64,000 nt of DNA, from IMG/VR virus record IMGVR_UViG_3300023184_005208, positions 2,675-66,674 of that record. One strand, given 5' to 3'. This DNA comes from a virus. The number at the start of each line of letters is the position of its first letter. The stretch's first letter is position 1. A program made the position numbers and the translations under genes. Shown in pieces: positions 57,132-64,000 of the stretch. The notes beneath the pieces are model-generated. The model saw only the letters and a program-made list of their open reading frames with translations, was not told where the DNA came from and ran no database searches.

Positions 57132-57482
57132 ATGAACAGAATTTATATTGGGTTATTCATTTTTGTAGCCTACACCGTATCACAAGTTTTTACGTTTTAC
57201 CAATTACAGGGACACCTGTGGAATAAATGGATTAAAGATAACCCACTTTTAATGACCATCCTTGGACTACCCATCGGTTATGTGGTTATATTAGCTAGCA
57301 GACAAATGGTTGAACTGTGGGGTGGGCAAACGTGGCCAAATAGGATTATAGGGTTTTGTCTCGGAGTCATTGTTTTTTGTTTAATGTCTTGGTTCATGTT
57401 AAAAGAACCTGTTACTGTTAAAACATCAGTTTGTCTTTTATTAAGTTTTGTTATTCTTGGAATCCAATTGTTTTGGAAATAA
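57132..57482 (+). CDS. four-helix membrane protein (DMT/SMR-like)
   Basis: Four hydrophobic segments, LKEP motif; preceded by TATATTTG (57119-57126). Confidence 0.65.
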   Translation: MNRIYIGLFIFVAYTVSQVFTFYQLQGHLWNKWIKDNPLLMTILGLPIGYVVILASRQMVELWGGQTWPNRIIGFCLGVIVFCLMSWFMLKEPVTVKTSVCLLLSFVILGIQLFWK

Positions 57483-57497
57483 AAGGTATTTATGAAT

Positions 57498-58988
57498 ATG
57501 AAATTCATGGGTATCTTATTAAAGGAGGGTCGTAAAGAAGATTTAAAGAAAAAATATTCAACAAAGTTTAATGAAGAAGACTTAGACTTTATTTTGAATA
57601 TTTCCGATTTAAAAGATTTTAATCACAAGTACACTGATTTTGTATTAAAAAATACAGATGGAGATGGTGAATTAGATACTGATGAATTAGAACACCTTGT
57701 AGGTCTTATAAAAGATTTTGATAAATATTCAAGCCAATTTCCTAAGAAGGATATCAATCAATATGTATCATTAAATGAACTTGAAAAAGTAATTCTTTAC
57801 ATTAGGGGAAAAAACAAAGAAAAGGAATTAGAAGGTCAAGCAAAAAAGATTTACGAAAAAGGTGACTTTGTAGTTATTCAACCAAAAACTGAAGCCGCTT
57901 CTTGTAAATACGGTTCAAATACAAAGTGGTGTGTTACATCAAAAGGGTCAGGTCACTTTGGTAAATACACCGCAGGTCGTCAAAGATTATATTTCATAAT
58001 TAACAAAGCCAAGTCCACAAACAAAAATTACTCAAAAGTTGCAATTCATTTTGATGATGGTGGAGAACCAAGATATTGGGATTCTCAAGATTCGCCTATG
58101 AGTCAAAGAGAAGTTGATGTGTTTGAATACGCATTTTCCGATATGATTGAGTCAATTAAAAATGACTATAAAAAATATGCGGGGTCAATGACTGATAAGT
58201 TTTTAACTCAGGCGTTTGATTCTATAGGTGAAAATTCCGCAGAAAGTAGAAATTATTTGAATTCAACTTATAATTTAGCAACATATATTACAGGATTTCA
58301 AAATAACCATGGTTTGGGATTTGGTCATTCGGAAGCTCTTTTATCAATATCATTAAATTCATATGTTGGAGACAATAAATTAATTGACGCATATAGACTT
58401 TTTATTACGTACAAATCTAAAGATGAAAAAACATTTACCGCAAGTATAGGATTTATGGGTGATGATGATGTAAAAGGAGATGACATTGAGGACCTTGGTC
58501 TTGAAAATTGGGGAATAGATGTGACATATAATATTGGTAGAACTCCATTAGAAACCGCTGAAGGTGTTAGAAGACACATTGCACAAAGAGTGTTGGACCA
58601 TATCGTAACTAACCCTCAACTTGTTCAAAAGATTGCAGGAACATCCAAAGTTTGGAGACCGAAATCAGGATATACCTTCGGGAAAAACAAAGGGTTAATT
58701 AAAAAATTAGTTGATTATTTAGATACGGGTGCAATAGGTACTAAGTTAGACTTTATGGAATCCATAGGAAAATTTAAAACAAAAATTGTTAACGGTAAAA
58801 AACTATATGCTCACCAAGGTAGTGATAATTACTTACCATCAGTTAATTTTAGAGGCCAATATTCAACGTTCTTTGCCGCAGCGAAATTAGCTGGAATTCT
58901 AGGATATAGGAAAGTCGGTAAAGAATTTTTGTTAGTTAAAGGTCCTAATTTTGATGCTTTTAAATCCGGTGAACTTAAAGCTCTTTAG
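57498..58988 (+). CDS. hypothetical protein (paralog of 50874..52688)
   Basis: LLKEGRKED start; KDINQY; KIYEKGD.VVIQP.TEAASCKYGSNTKWCVT. Confidence 0.75.
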   Translation: MKFMGILLKEGRKEDLKKKYSTKFNEEDLDFILNISDLKDFNHKYTDFVLKNTDGDGELDTDELEHLVGLIKDFDKYSSQFPKKDINQYVSLNELEKVILYIRGKNKEKELEGQAKKIYEKGDFVVIQPKTEAASCKYGSNTKWCVTSKGSGHFGKYTAGRQRLYFIINKAKSTNKNYSKVAIHFDDGGEPRYWDSQDSPMSQREVDVFEYAFSDMIESIKNDYKKYAGSMTDKFLTQAFDSIGENSAESRNYLNSTYNLATYITGFQNNHGLGFGHSEALLSISLNSYVGDNKLIDAYRLFITYKSKDEKTFTASIGFMGDDDVKGDDIEDLGLENWGIDVTYNIGRTPLETAEGVRRHIAQRVLDHIVTNPQLVQKIAGTSKVWRPKSGYTFGKNKGLIKKLVDYLDTGAIGTKLDFMESIGKFKTKIVNGKKLYAHQGSDNYLPSVNFRGQYSTFFAAAKLAGILGYRKVGKEFLLVKGPNFDAFKSGELKAL

Positions 58989-59199
58989 ATAACTTGCGAA
59001 AGTAGATATACAATCCAAAGAATAGTCCCGCAATACAATACAAAACGAAGTTCGCTTTCCATAAACTTCCTGTCAGTAATATTAGGGAATACTGAACGGC
59101 ATCGAACCCAAATGGATTGAAAAACAACGCCAACATTAAAAATATTTGAGAGAGATTGTCTTGAAACGTTCTTCTCCACGTTTGTCTGTTTATCGCCAT
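58975..59199 (-). CDS. small two-helix membrane protein
   Basis: Two hydrophobic helices around FFNPFGFDA. Confidence 0.55.
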   Translation of the reverse strand: MAINRQTWRRTFQDNLSQIFLMLALFFNPFGFDAVQYSLILLTGSLWKANFVLYCIAGLFFGLYIYFRKLSKEL

Positions 59200-59278
59200 C
59201 TTCCATGTTCCCTCGTTTAAATTTTAGGTCAAAAATTGACATTGTAATATTCAAATAAATATCATATCTTTGTATTCT

Positions 59279-59899
59279 ATGAAAGTTATATTTTTAGATA
59301 ATGATGGAGTAATCTGTTTATCAAATAATTGGGGGGGTCGTACAAAAAAATGGGCGAAACATCGCTCCGCAAATCCTGAGTCAAGTAATTTACTCAGAGA
59401 AGCTCCCGTTGATGTAAGATTTGATGATTTTGATAAGAAATCTATTAAAATTTTAAATGAAATCTTAGAAGAAACAGGAGCAGAGATTGTAGTATCTTCT
59501 GATTGGAGATTTCATGCAACTTTAGAAGAATTAGGTGAATATTACGAATCCCAAGGAATCTCAAAAAAACCAATCGGATTTACCAAAAAGTTAGGCCAAT
59601 TTCAAAGACCTGAAAACTTCCCATGGTCTCGTCAGTGGGATTTAGAACAGTCAAGGTCCTTAGAGATACTTCAATACCTTAAAGACAATCCAGAGGTCAC
59701 AGAATGGGTTGCAGTAGATGATTTGAATATGGGAATACCACAGACTCACGAGAGTTGGGGTGAAATGGAAATGGATTGGGGTTTGACCAATTTTGTACTC
59801 ACACCAAAAAGTAGTGAAGGGATTAAACAAACAGGAATTAAAGATAAGATTATAAAAATTTTAAACGATGTCAAAGATAACGACAAAGGTGATAGTTAA
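59279..59899 (+). CDS. HAD domain protein (Swiss Army Knife RNA-repair type)
   Basis: IFLDNDGV, IVVSSDWR, WVAVDD; preceded by TATCTTTG (59265-59272). Confidence 0.8.
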   Translation: MKVIFLDNDGVICLSNNWGGRTKKWAKHRSANPESSNLLREAPVDVRFDDFDKKSIKILNEILEETGAEIVVSSDWRFHATLEELGEYYESQGISKKPIGFTKKLGQFQRPENFPWSRQWDLEQSRSLEILQYLKDNPEVTEWVAVDDLNMGIPQTHESWGEMEMDWGLTNFVLTPKSSEGIKQTGIKDKIIKILNDVKDNDKGDS

Positions 59900-60059
59900 G
59901 AATAGATATTCAGGAGTTGCTCCTGAAGGATTTGTTTTACTCCATGAAAAGACAATTCAAGATTTACAAAATTTTGAAATTTGGAAAGAGTGGAAAAATA
60001 ATATTATTGAATTAGATTTAAATAACAGAATTGAGATGGAAGAAAGTAAAAAATCTTAA
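59868..60059 (+). CDS. small hypothetical protein
   Basis: 63-aa ORF; FEIWKEWK. Confidence 0.5.
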   Translation: MSKITTKVIVKNRYSGVAPEGFVLLHEKTIQDLQNFEIWKEWKNNIIELDLNNRIEMEESKKS

Positions 60060-60161
60060 GTTTCAAAACCGGTCAAACTGGCGGTAATCGTCTGCAGCGA
60101 TGAAAGGAAGTGCACTCCGAGGTATAACATCCCGTCAGTCCCTGACCACATTAAAAATATT

Positions 60162-60344
60162 ATGAAAAGATTATACAGACAAAACGGTAACATGATTGGT
60201 GGTGTTTGTGGTGGTATTGCTAATTTTGCCGAATTAGATAAGACAATCGTTAGATTGTTATTTGCAGCATTAATTTTTACCCCATTCCCAATCATCACAA
60301 TCTACATCCTTGCATGGATTATAACCCCATCAGAAAAAATATGA
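60162..60344 (+). CDS. PspC-domain protein
   Basis: MKRLYR....MIGGVCGGIA......TIVRLLF.......IYILAWIITP. Confidence 0.9.
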   Translation: MKRLYRQNGNMIGGVCGGIANFAELDKTIVRLLFAALIFTPFPIITIYILAWIITPSEKI

Positions 60345-60727
60345 AAGTAACAAAAAACCCCACCTTATTTGTGGACATAGACGGTACTATTGTAAAGTAC
60401 CGTAAATTTAGTGAATTAGCCACAGCCGTATTGACACCCATTCAAGATGTAATTGATTATGTTAATGACCATTATAATTCAGGTTCCGTGATAATTATTA
60501 CTACAGCACGTCCTTCGAGTTATGAATTGATGACCAAACAAGAACTTGAAAAGTTAGGTGTTAAGTATCATCAGATAGTTATGGATTGTGGAAGGGGTAC
60601 AAGAGTCGTTTTAAACGATATGGACCCTGAGAATCCAATTGAAAGGGCTGTTGGAATAAACTTTATTAGAGATGGTGGATTCGAACCAATAGGTGGAGTC
60701 CCTGAGATTAAATCGTATGAGTTATAA
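60341..60727 (+). CDS. small HAD-superfamily phosphatase
   Basis: FVDIDGTI, IITTAR, LND. Confidence 0.8.
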   Translation: MKVTKNPTLFVDIDGTIVKYRKFSELATAVLTPIQDVIDYVNDHYNSGSVIIITTARPSSYELMTKQELEKLGVKYHQIVMDCGRGTRVVLNDMDPENPIERAVGINFIRDGGFEPIGGVPEIKSYEL

Positions 60728-61055
60728 AGTATCACCAAAAAGACACATAGCTAAAACAGTAAGCTATAGAGTTGTTAGCACAGGAATTGGATTTGCAATT
60801 ATGTGGTGGGCAACAGGAAGTATTAAATTAGGAGCTGCATTTGGATTAGCTGAACTTGTTTACAAACCAATCCAATATTATATCCATGAAAGAGTGTGGT
60901 ATAGATGGATTAAGTTTGGTCTAATTGAAGATAAGAAACCAAAACCTAAAAAGGTTCAATTAAACGAAGTTCAATCAGAACCAATTGTTAAAGAACCTGT
61001 TCAAACACCTCAGTCAACAGGAAAAAAAGTATTAAACTATTCATCCAATAGATAA
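60717..61055 (+). CDS. DUF2061-like membrane protein
   Basis: RHIAKTVSYR......YYIHERVW. Confidence 0.75.
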   Translation: MSYKVSPKRHIAKTVSYRVVSTGIGFAIMWWATGSIKLGAAFGLAELVYKPIQYYIHERVWYRWIKFGLIEDKKPKPKKVQLNEVQSEPIVKEPVQTPQSTGKKVLNYSSNR

Positions 61056-61077
61056 ACCGAGTTACCTCGGTTTTTTT
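61054..61077 (+). terminator. intrinsic terminator
   Basis: AAACCGAG-TTAC-CTCGGTTTTTT. Confidence 0.85.
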
Positions 61078-61102
61078 ATTTTATAAAGTATTTATCAATA
61101 AT

Positions 61103-62353
61103 ATGAATGAAGATATTAAAGATATAATTCAATCTTTTGATTTAATGCTTGGTGATAATAAATCTGTTGTTAACGAAGTCGCTCTTATTTCACCATTAGA
61201 CCAAACATCAGTTAATTCAGGATTCGGTGCAAGGTGGGGTAAAACACATAATGGTGTTGATTTGGCCGCCAATGCAACAGAGGTTAAATCACCCGCAGAT
61301 GGTGTTGTAGAAGTTGGTGCAATCAAAAATGACGATTGTGGCGGTACAATTATTATTAATCACGCTGGTGGATTCAAAACAGGTTTTTGCCACATGCAAA
61401 AAATTAGTGTAAATCCAGGTGATAACGTTAAACAAGGAGATGTTATAGGTATTAGTGGTGGAGGTAAAAATGATGTCGGACATGGTAGAAGCGATGGCAG
61501 ACATTTACATTTCACACTTAGAAAAGATGGTAAGTTAGTTAATCCAATAGACTATATCGATAAGAGTGGTGTAATCATGACAGGTGACGTTCCTCAATCA
61601 ACAACAAGTGGTGATACTACAAATGATGGTACAAATGATAGTAATGCAACAGCATCAAAAACCAAAAAAAATAGTGATGATGTTTTTGGTGTTAGAAATT
61701 TAGACCCTAATGATATAATGGTTAAAAAGGCTAGAGAAATGGCAACCCAATTCGGACTTAGCGAACAAAAAATTTACGGTACTTTTGGAGATAGATTATC
61801 AGATAGATTTGGTAGTATTATCATACCAGCAAGAAATAATAGTGAAATAAAATCCCCTGTGGACGGAATTATTTATGTTGGACATGCAGATTCTAACTGT
61901 AAGAACCAAGTATCAATTGAACATAATATAGAGGGCAAAAGATATTTCTTACAGTTTTGTAATATCACAAAACCTAACATTAAAAATGGTAGAGCAATAT
62001 CTAAAGGAGCATCTTTAGGAAAAACATCTGATGATGTTAAAGTGTCGTTATTTGATTCAGGGTGGAATAGAAAAGATTTGTTATCAATGATGAATAAAGA
62101 AATTAAACCAACTGTTAAATCAACCGTTAAATCTAAAAAAGAAAAAAATAAAAAAGAAAAAAATAAAAAAGAACCGATGAAATACTATGACCCCACAATA
62201 CCATTTATCTTTAAAAAAATACATGATATGATTCCATCTATGACTAAAAATAAAAAAGATGAGGAACCAAAAATTTCAAATTTCTTTAGTAAATACGGAC
62301 TAACTGGAAAAAAAATTGACGAAAACATAGAAAGAATCAAAAAGTTATTATAA
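61103..62353 (+). CDS. M23-family peptidase (one intact and one degenerate M23 domain)
   Basis: HNGVD, CHM, GRHLHF; second SPVDG...IEH domain lacks the Zn ligands. Confidence 0.85.
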   Translation: MNEDIKDIIQSFDLMLGDNKSVVNEVALISPLDQTSVNSGFGARWGKTHNGVDLAANATEVKSPADGVVEVGAIKNDDCGGTIIINHAGGFKTGFCHMQKISVNPGDNVKQGDVIGISGGGKNDVGHGRSDGRHLHFTLRKDGKLVNPIDYIDKSGVIMTGDVPQSTTSGDTTNDGTNDSNATASKTKKNSDDVFGVRNLDPNDIMVKKAREMATQFGLSEQKIYGTFGDRLSDRFGSIIIPARNNSEIKSPVDGIIYVGHADSNCKNQVSIEHNIEGKRYFLQFCNITKPNIKNGRAISKGASLGKTSDDVKVSLFDSGWNRKDLLSMMNKEIKPTVKSTVKSKKEKNKKEKNKKEPMKYYDPTIPFIFKKIHDMIPSMTKNKKDEEPKISNFFSKYGLTGKKIDENIERIKKLL

Positions 62354-62354
62354 T

Positions 62355-62382
62355 AAAAAACCCATCATTTAGATGGGTTTTT
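62355..62382. terminator. bidirectional terminator
   Basis: AAAAACCCATC-ATTTA-GATGGGTTTT between convergent genes. Confidence 0.8.
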
Positions 62383-62386
62383 CTTT

Positions 62387-63010
62387 TTAAATATTAACAA
62401 ATAATTCGTCTTGTGTCTTTCTTACTTTTTTATAATTTTGATAATCATCTGTGTCATCTCTATACCCTAAGGCGCAAACTACAACAGAAGTTGTATCGGT
62501 CAAACCTAAAATTTCATCGTATTGAGTTCTGTCAAAACCTTCCATAGGACAAGTATCAACATCAATCACTGCAGCAGTATTCAATAAGAACCCTAAGGCG
62601 ATATAAATTTGCTTATCAATCCAAGAAGATTTTTGAATCTCATCTAAAGAGTTGATAGTACCTTTCATCATTGCTTCAAATTGAACTAACCTTTCTTTTG
62701 GAACACCTCTTGTATTCACAATGTTTTCAATAAATGAATCCACATCAGATTCGTTGACTTCTTTTTTTCTTGTAAAAACTGCAAGTATTGATGAATCGGT
62801 AATTTGAGATTGTCCCCATGATGCCGCTTTTAATTTTTCTCTAATTTCAGGGTTCTTTACAAAAACAACTTGAAATGGTTGTAAACCGTAAGATGTTGGT
62901 GCAAATTGAATAGCTTGTTTTAAAACATCCATTTTACTCTCTGAGAGATTAACGCCTGAATTAAATTTTTTGGTCGCATATCTCCAACTTAATTTTTCTA
63001 TAATGTTCAT
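62387..63010 (-). CDS. nitroreductase (NfsB-like NAD(P)H oxidoreductase)
   Basis: WRYATKKF, APTSYGLQPF, DTCPMEGFD, ALGYR. Confidence 0.92.
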   Translation of the reverse strand: MNIIEKLSWRYATKKFNSGVNLSESKMDVLKQAIQFAPTSYGLQPFQVVFVKNPEIREKLKAASWGQSQITDSSILAVFTRKKEVNESDVDSFIENIVNTRGVPKERLVQFEAMMKGTINSLDEIQKSSWIDKQIYIALGFLLNTAAVIDVDTCPMEGFDRTQYDEILGLTDTTSVVVCALGYRDDTDDYQNYKKVRKTQDELFVNI

Positions 63011-63035
63011 AATTTCTTTTTTTTTAAATATAACA

Positions 63036-63067
63036 AAAAACCCCCAATATATCAAATATTGGGGGTT
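63036..63067 (-). terminator. intrinsic terminator
   Basis: AACCCCCAATAT...ATATTGGGGGTT with A-tract on the left. Confidence 0.75.
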
Positions 63068-63089
63068 AGTTTCTTTACAGAGAGTTATA

Positions 63090-63269
63090 TTATTTAACTT
63101 CTGCCGCTTTAGGAGCTTCAGCTTTTGCTGAATCTACAGAAACAACTGTAGAATCTACTTTAGTTGAATCAGCTACAACAGCAGTTGAATCAGTCTTTAC
63201 CTCAGTTGATGTTCCTGTTCCACAAGATGCCAATGCAACGATTGACAAAATAGCTAGGATTTTTTTCAT
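63090..63269 (-). CDS. small lipoprotein, not in the ORF track
   Basis: MKKILAILSIVALAS-C lipobox then GTGTSTEVKTDSTAVVADSTKVDSTVVSVDSAKAEAPKAAEVK (59 aa). Confidence 0.8.
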   Translation of the reverse strand: MKKILAILSIVALASCGTGTSTEVKTDSTAVVADSTKVDSTVVSVDSAKAEAPKAAEVK

Positions 63270-63368
63270 GTTTTTTTCTTTTTTTTGGTTAATGTTTAAA
63301 TAACTTTAATAGACTATAAATATACAACAAACTATCCAATTAGTCAATTTTTATATTTAATTATTTTG

Positions 63369-63456
63369 CGGAGAGTGCTGGATTTGAACCAGCGGTACCC
63401 TTTAGAGGTACGACAGTTTAGCAAACTGTTGGATTAAACCGCTCTCCCAACTCTCC
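63369..63456 (-). tRNA. tRNA-Ser(GCT)
   Basis: GGAGAGT/ACTCTCC acceptor, ACAGT-TTGCTAA-ACTGT anticodon arm, long variable arm, GGTTCAAATCC. Confidence 0.93.
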
Positions 63457-63689
63457 TAACTTATAATGTTTATTTCACTTTCAGTTTCAATAACAACCCT
63501 TGCACCACAACTTAAAATAGGTTTTTCATCACCAAAACCACAATAAGTAATTTTACTTGGTCCTAAAATTTCAACCTCATTACAATAAGTGTTCTTTCTC
63601 CCCTGTTTTATGGTGATTACAGGTAAGTTAGTCCCTTTAATCTTATTTGACCTTATATGGTGTTGATTTACGTGTATTTTAGTTTTCAT
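63456..63689 (-). CDS. small hypothetical phage protein
   Basis: MKTKIHVNQH.IRSN...PILSCGARVVIET (77 aa) between tRNAs. Confidence 0.75.
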   Translation of the reverse strand: MKTKIHVNQHHIRSNKIKGTNLPVITIKQGRKNTYCNEVEILGPSKITYCGFGDEKPILSCGARVVIETESEINIIS

Positions 63690-63691
63690 TG

Positions 63692-63765
63692 TTGGAGTAG
63701 GTGGACTCGAACCACCGACATTCACCGTATCAGGATGACGCTCTAACCAACTGAGCTATACTCCA
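63692..63765 (-). tRNA. tRNA-Ile(GAT)
   Basis: TGGAGTA/TACTCCA, TAGCTCAGTTGGTTAGAGC, loop CTGATAC, GGTTCGAGTCC. Confidence 0.92.
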
Positions 63766-63773
63766 ATAAAATA

Positions 63774-63890
63774 AGGTAGAAGCACCCAAAAGGGGTTTGG
63801 CCTCGGGTTACATCACGTATAGGAGCCCTGTGCTCCAACCCCGATATTGTGCGACGGCCGCATCAGTTTCTACTGAATCCTTCTCTACCT
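63774..63890 (-). ncRNA. unclassified structured RNA in tRNA array
   Basis: Closing stem AGGTAGA/TCTACCT plus four internal helices; GC-rich; no ORF. Confidence 0.6.
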
Positions 63891-63895
63891 CATTG

Positions 63896-63967
63896 TGTGA
63901 CTAGAGAGAATCGAACTCTCACATGAAGCGCCACAAGCTTCCGCCCTACCATTAGGCTATAGCCACC
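63896..63967 (-). tRNA. tRNA-His(GTG)
   Basis: G-1 GTGGCTA/TAGTCAC, GAAGC-TTGTGGC-GCTTC, GAGAG-TTCGATT-CTCTC. Confidence 0.92.
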
Positions 63968-63972
63968 ATGTG

Positions 63973-64000
63973 TTGCGGTGAGAAGAATTGAACTTCTGAC
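63973..64000 (-). tRNA. 3' part of a tRNA (cut by window edge; identity unknown)
   Basis: T-arm AGAAG-TTCAATT-CTTCT followed by CACCGCA-A. Confidence 0.75.

Noticed and set aside
58985-59254. 89-aa alternative minus-strand ORF
   Set aside because: Overlaps the 74-aa ORF in another frame, which has a more convincing two-helix pattern; cannot be fully excluded
60071-60147. ZTP riboswitch (GGTC..ACTGGCG start)
   Set aside because: Lacks the downstream CGCCUGGGCA-type pseudoknot element; kept as an unclassified RNA
63690-63725. N-terminal extension of ORF 63456..63725
   Set aside because: Overlaps tRNA-Ile; the real start is most likely ATG at 63689
63790-63870. Hammerhead ribozyme reading of the unknown RNA (CTGATGCGGCC...GGCCAAAC on the minus strand)
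   Set aside because: Core differs from CUGANGA/GAAA at two essential positions and no stem I/III with an NUH site was found
1-64000. Stop-codon reassignment, as in some large phages
   Set aside because: Conserved genes (capsid, portal, terminase, ClpC) are full length in code 11 and coding density is high
1-64000. CRISPR array, introns, inteins, transposases
   Set aside because: No spaced direct repeats seen; terminase, portal and capsid are uninterrupted; no transposase or homing-endonuclease motifs recognised

Overview
This AT-rich 64-kb window comes from a large T4-like (jumbo-type) tailed phage using the standard genetic code. The host is very probably a Bacteroidota bacterium: TAnnTTTG/-33 TTTG promoters, a Bacteroidetes-type bS21, DUF4494, a TonB-dependent receptor and a lipoprotein all point that way. 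From left to right it holds: (i) a WYL protein, exonuclease, dUTPase and a ~14-kb sugar-modification cluster (7 glycosyltransferases including GT10/GT11-like, GDP-mannose 3,5-epimerase, FkbM methyltransferases) with phoH; (ii) a gp55-like late sigma factor and baseplate genes; (iii) the head module on the minus strand (terminase, portal, prohead protease, scaffold, major capsid protein) with an oppositely oriented ribosomal protein bS21; (iv) an accessory region with Hsp20, an N-domain-less ClpC, peptidases, a tmRNA, a TonB-dependent receptor, an M23 peptidase and a nitroreductase; (v) the end of a tRNA array. The most striking observations are an LCIB/theta-type carbonic-anhydrase domain with intact Zn ligands inserted in a probable virion protein, a leader-peptide/terminator switch upstream of the TonB receptor, several unannotated structured RNAs, and a possible virion glycosylation system. 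All assignments come from motif recognition by eye; no searches were run.
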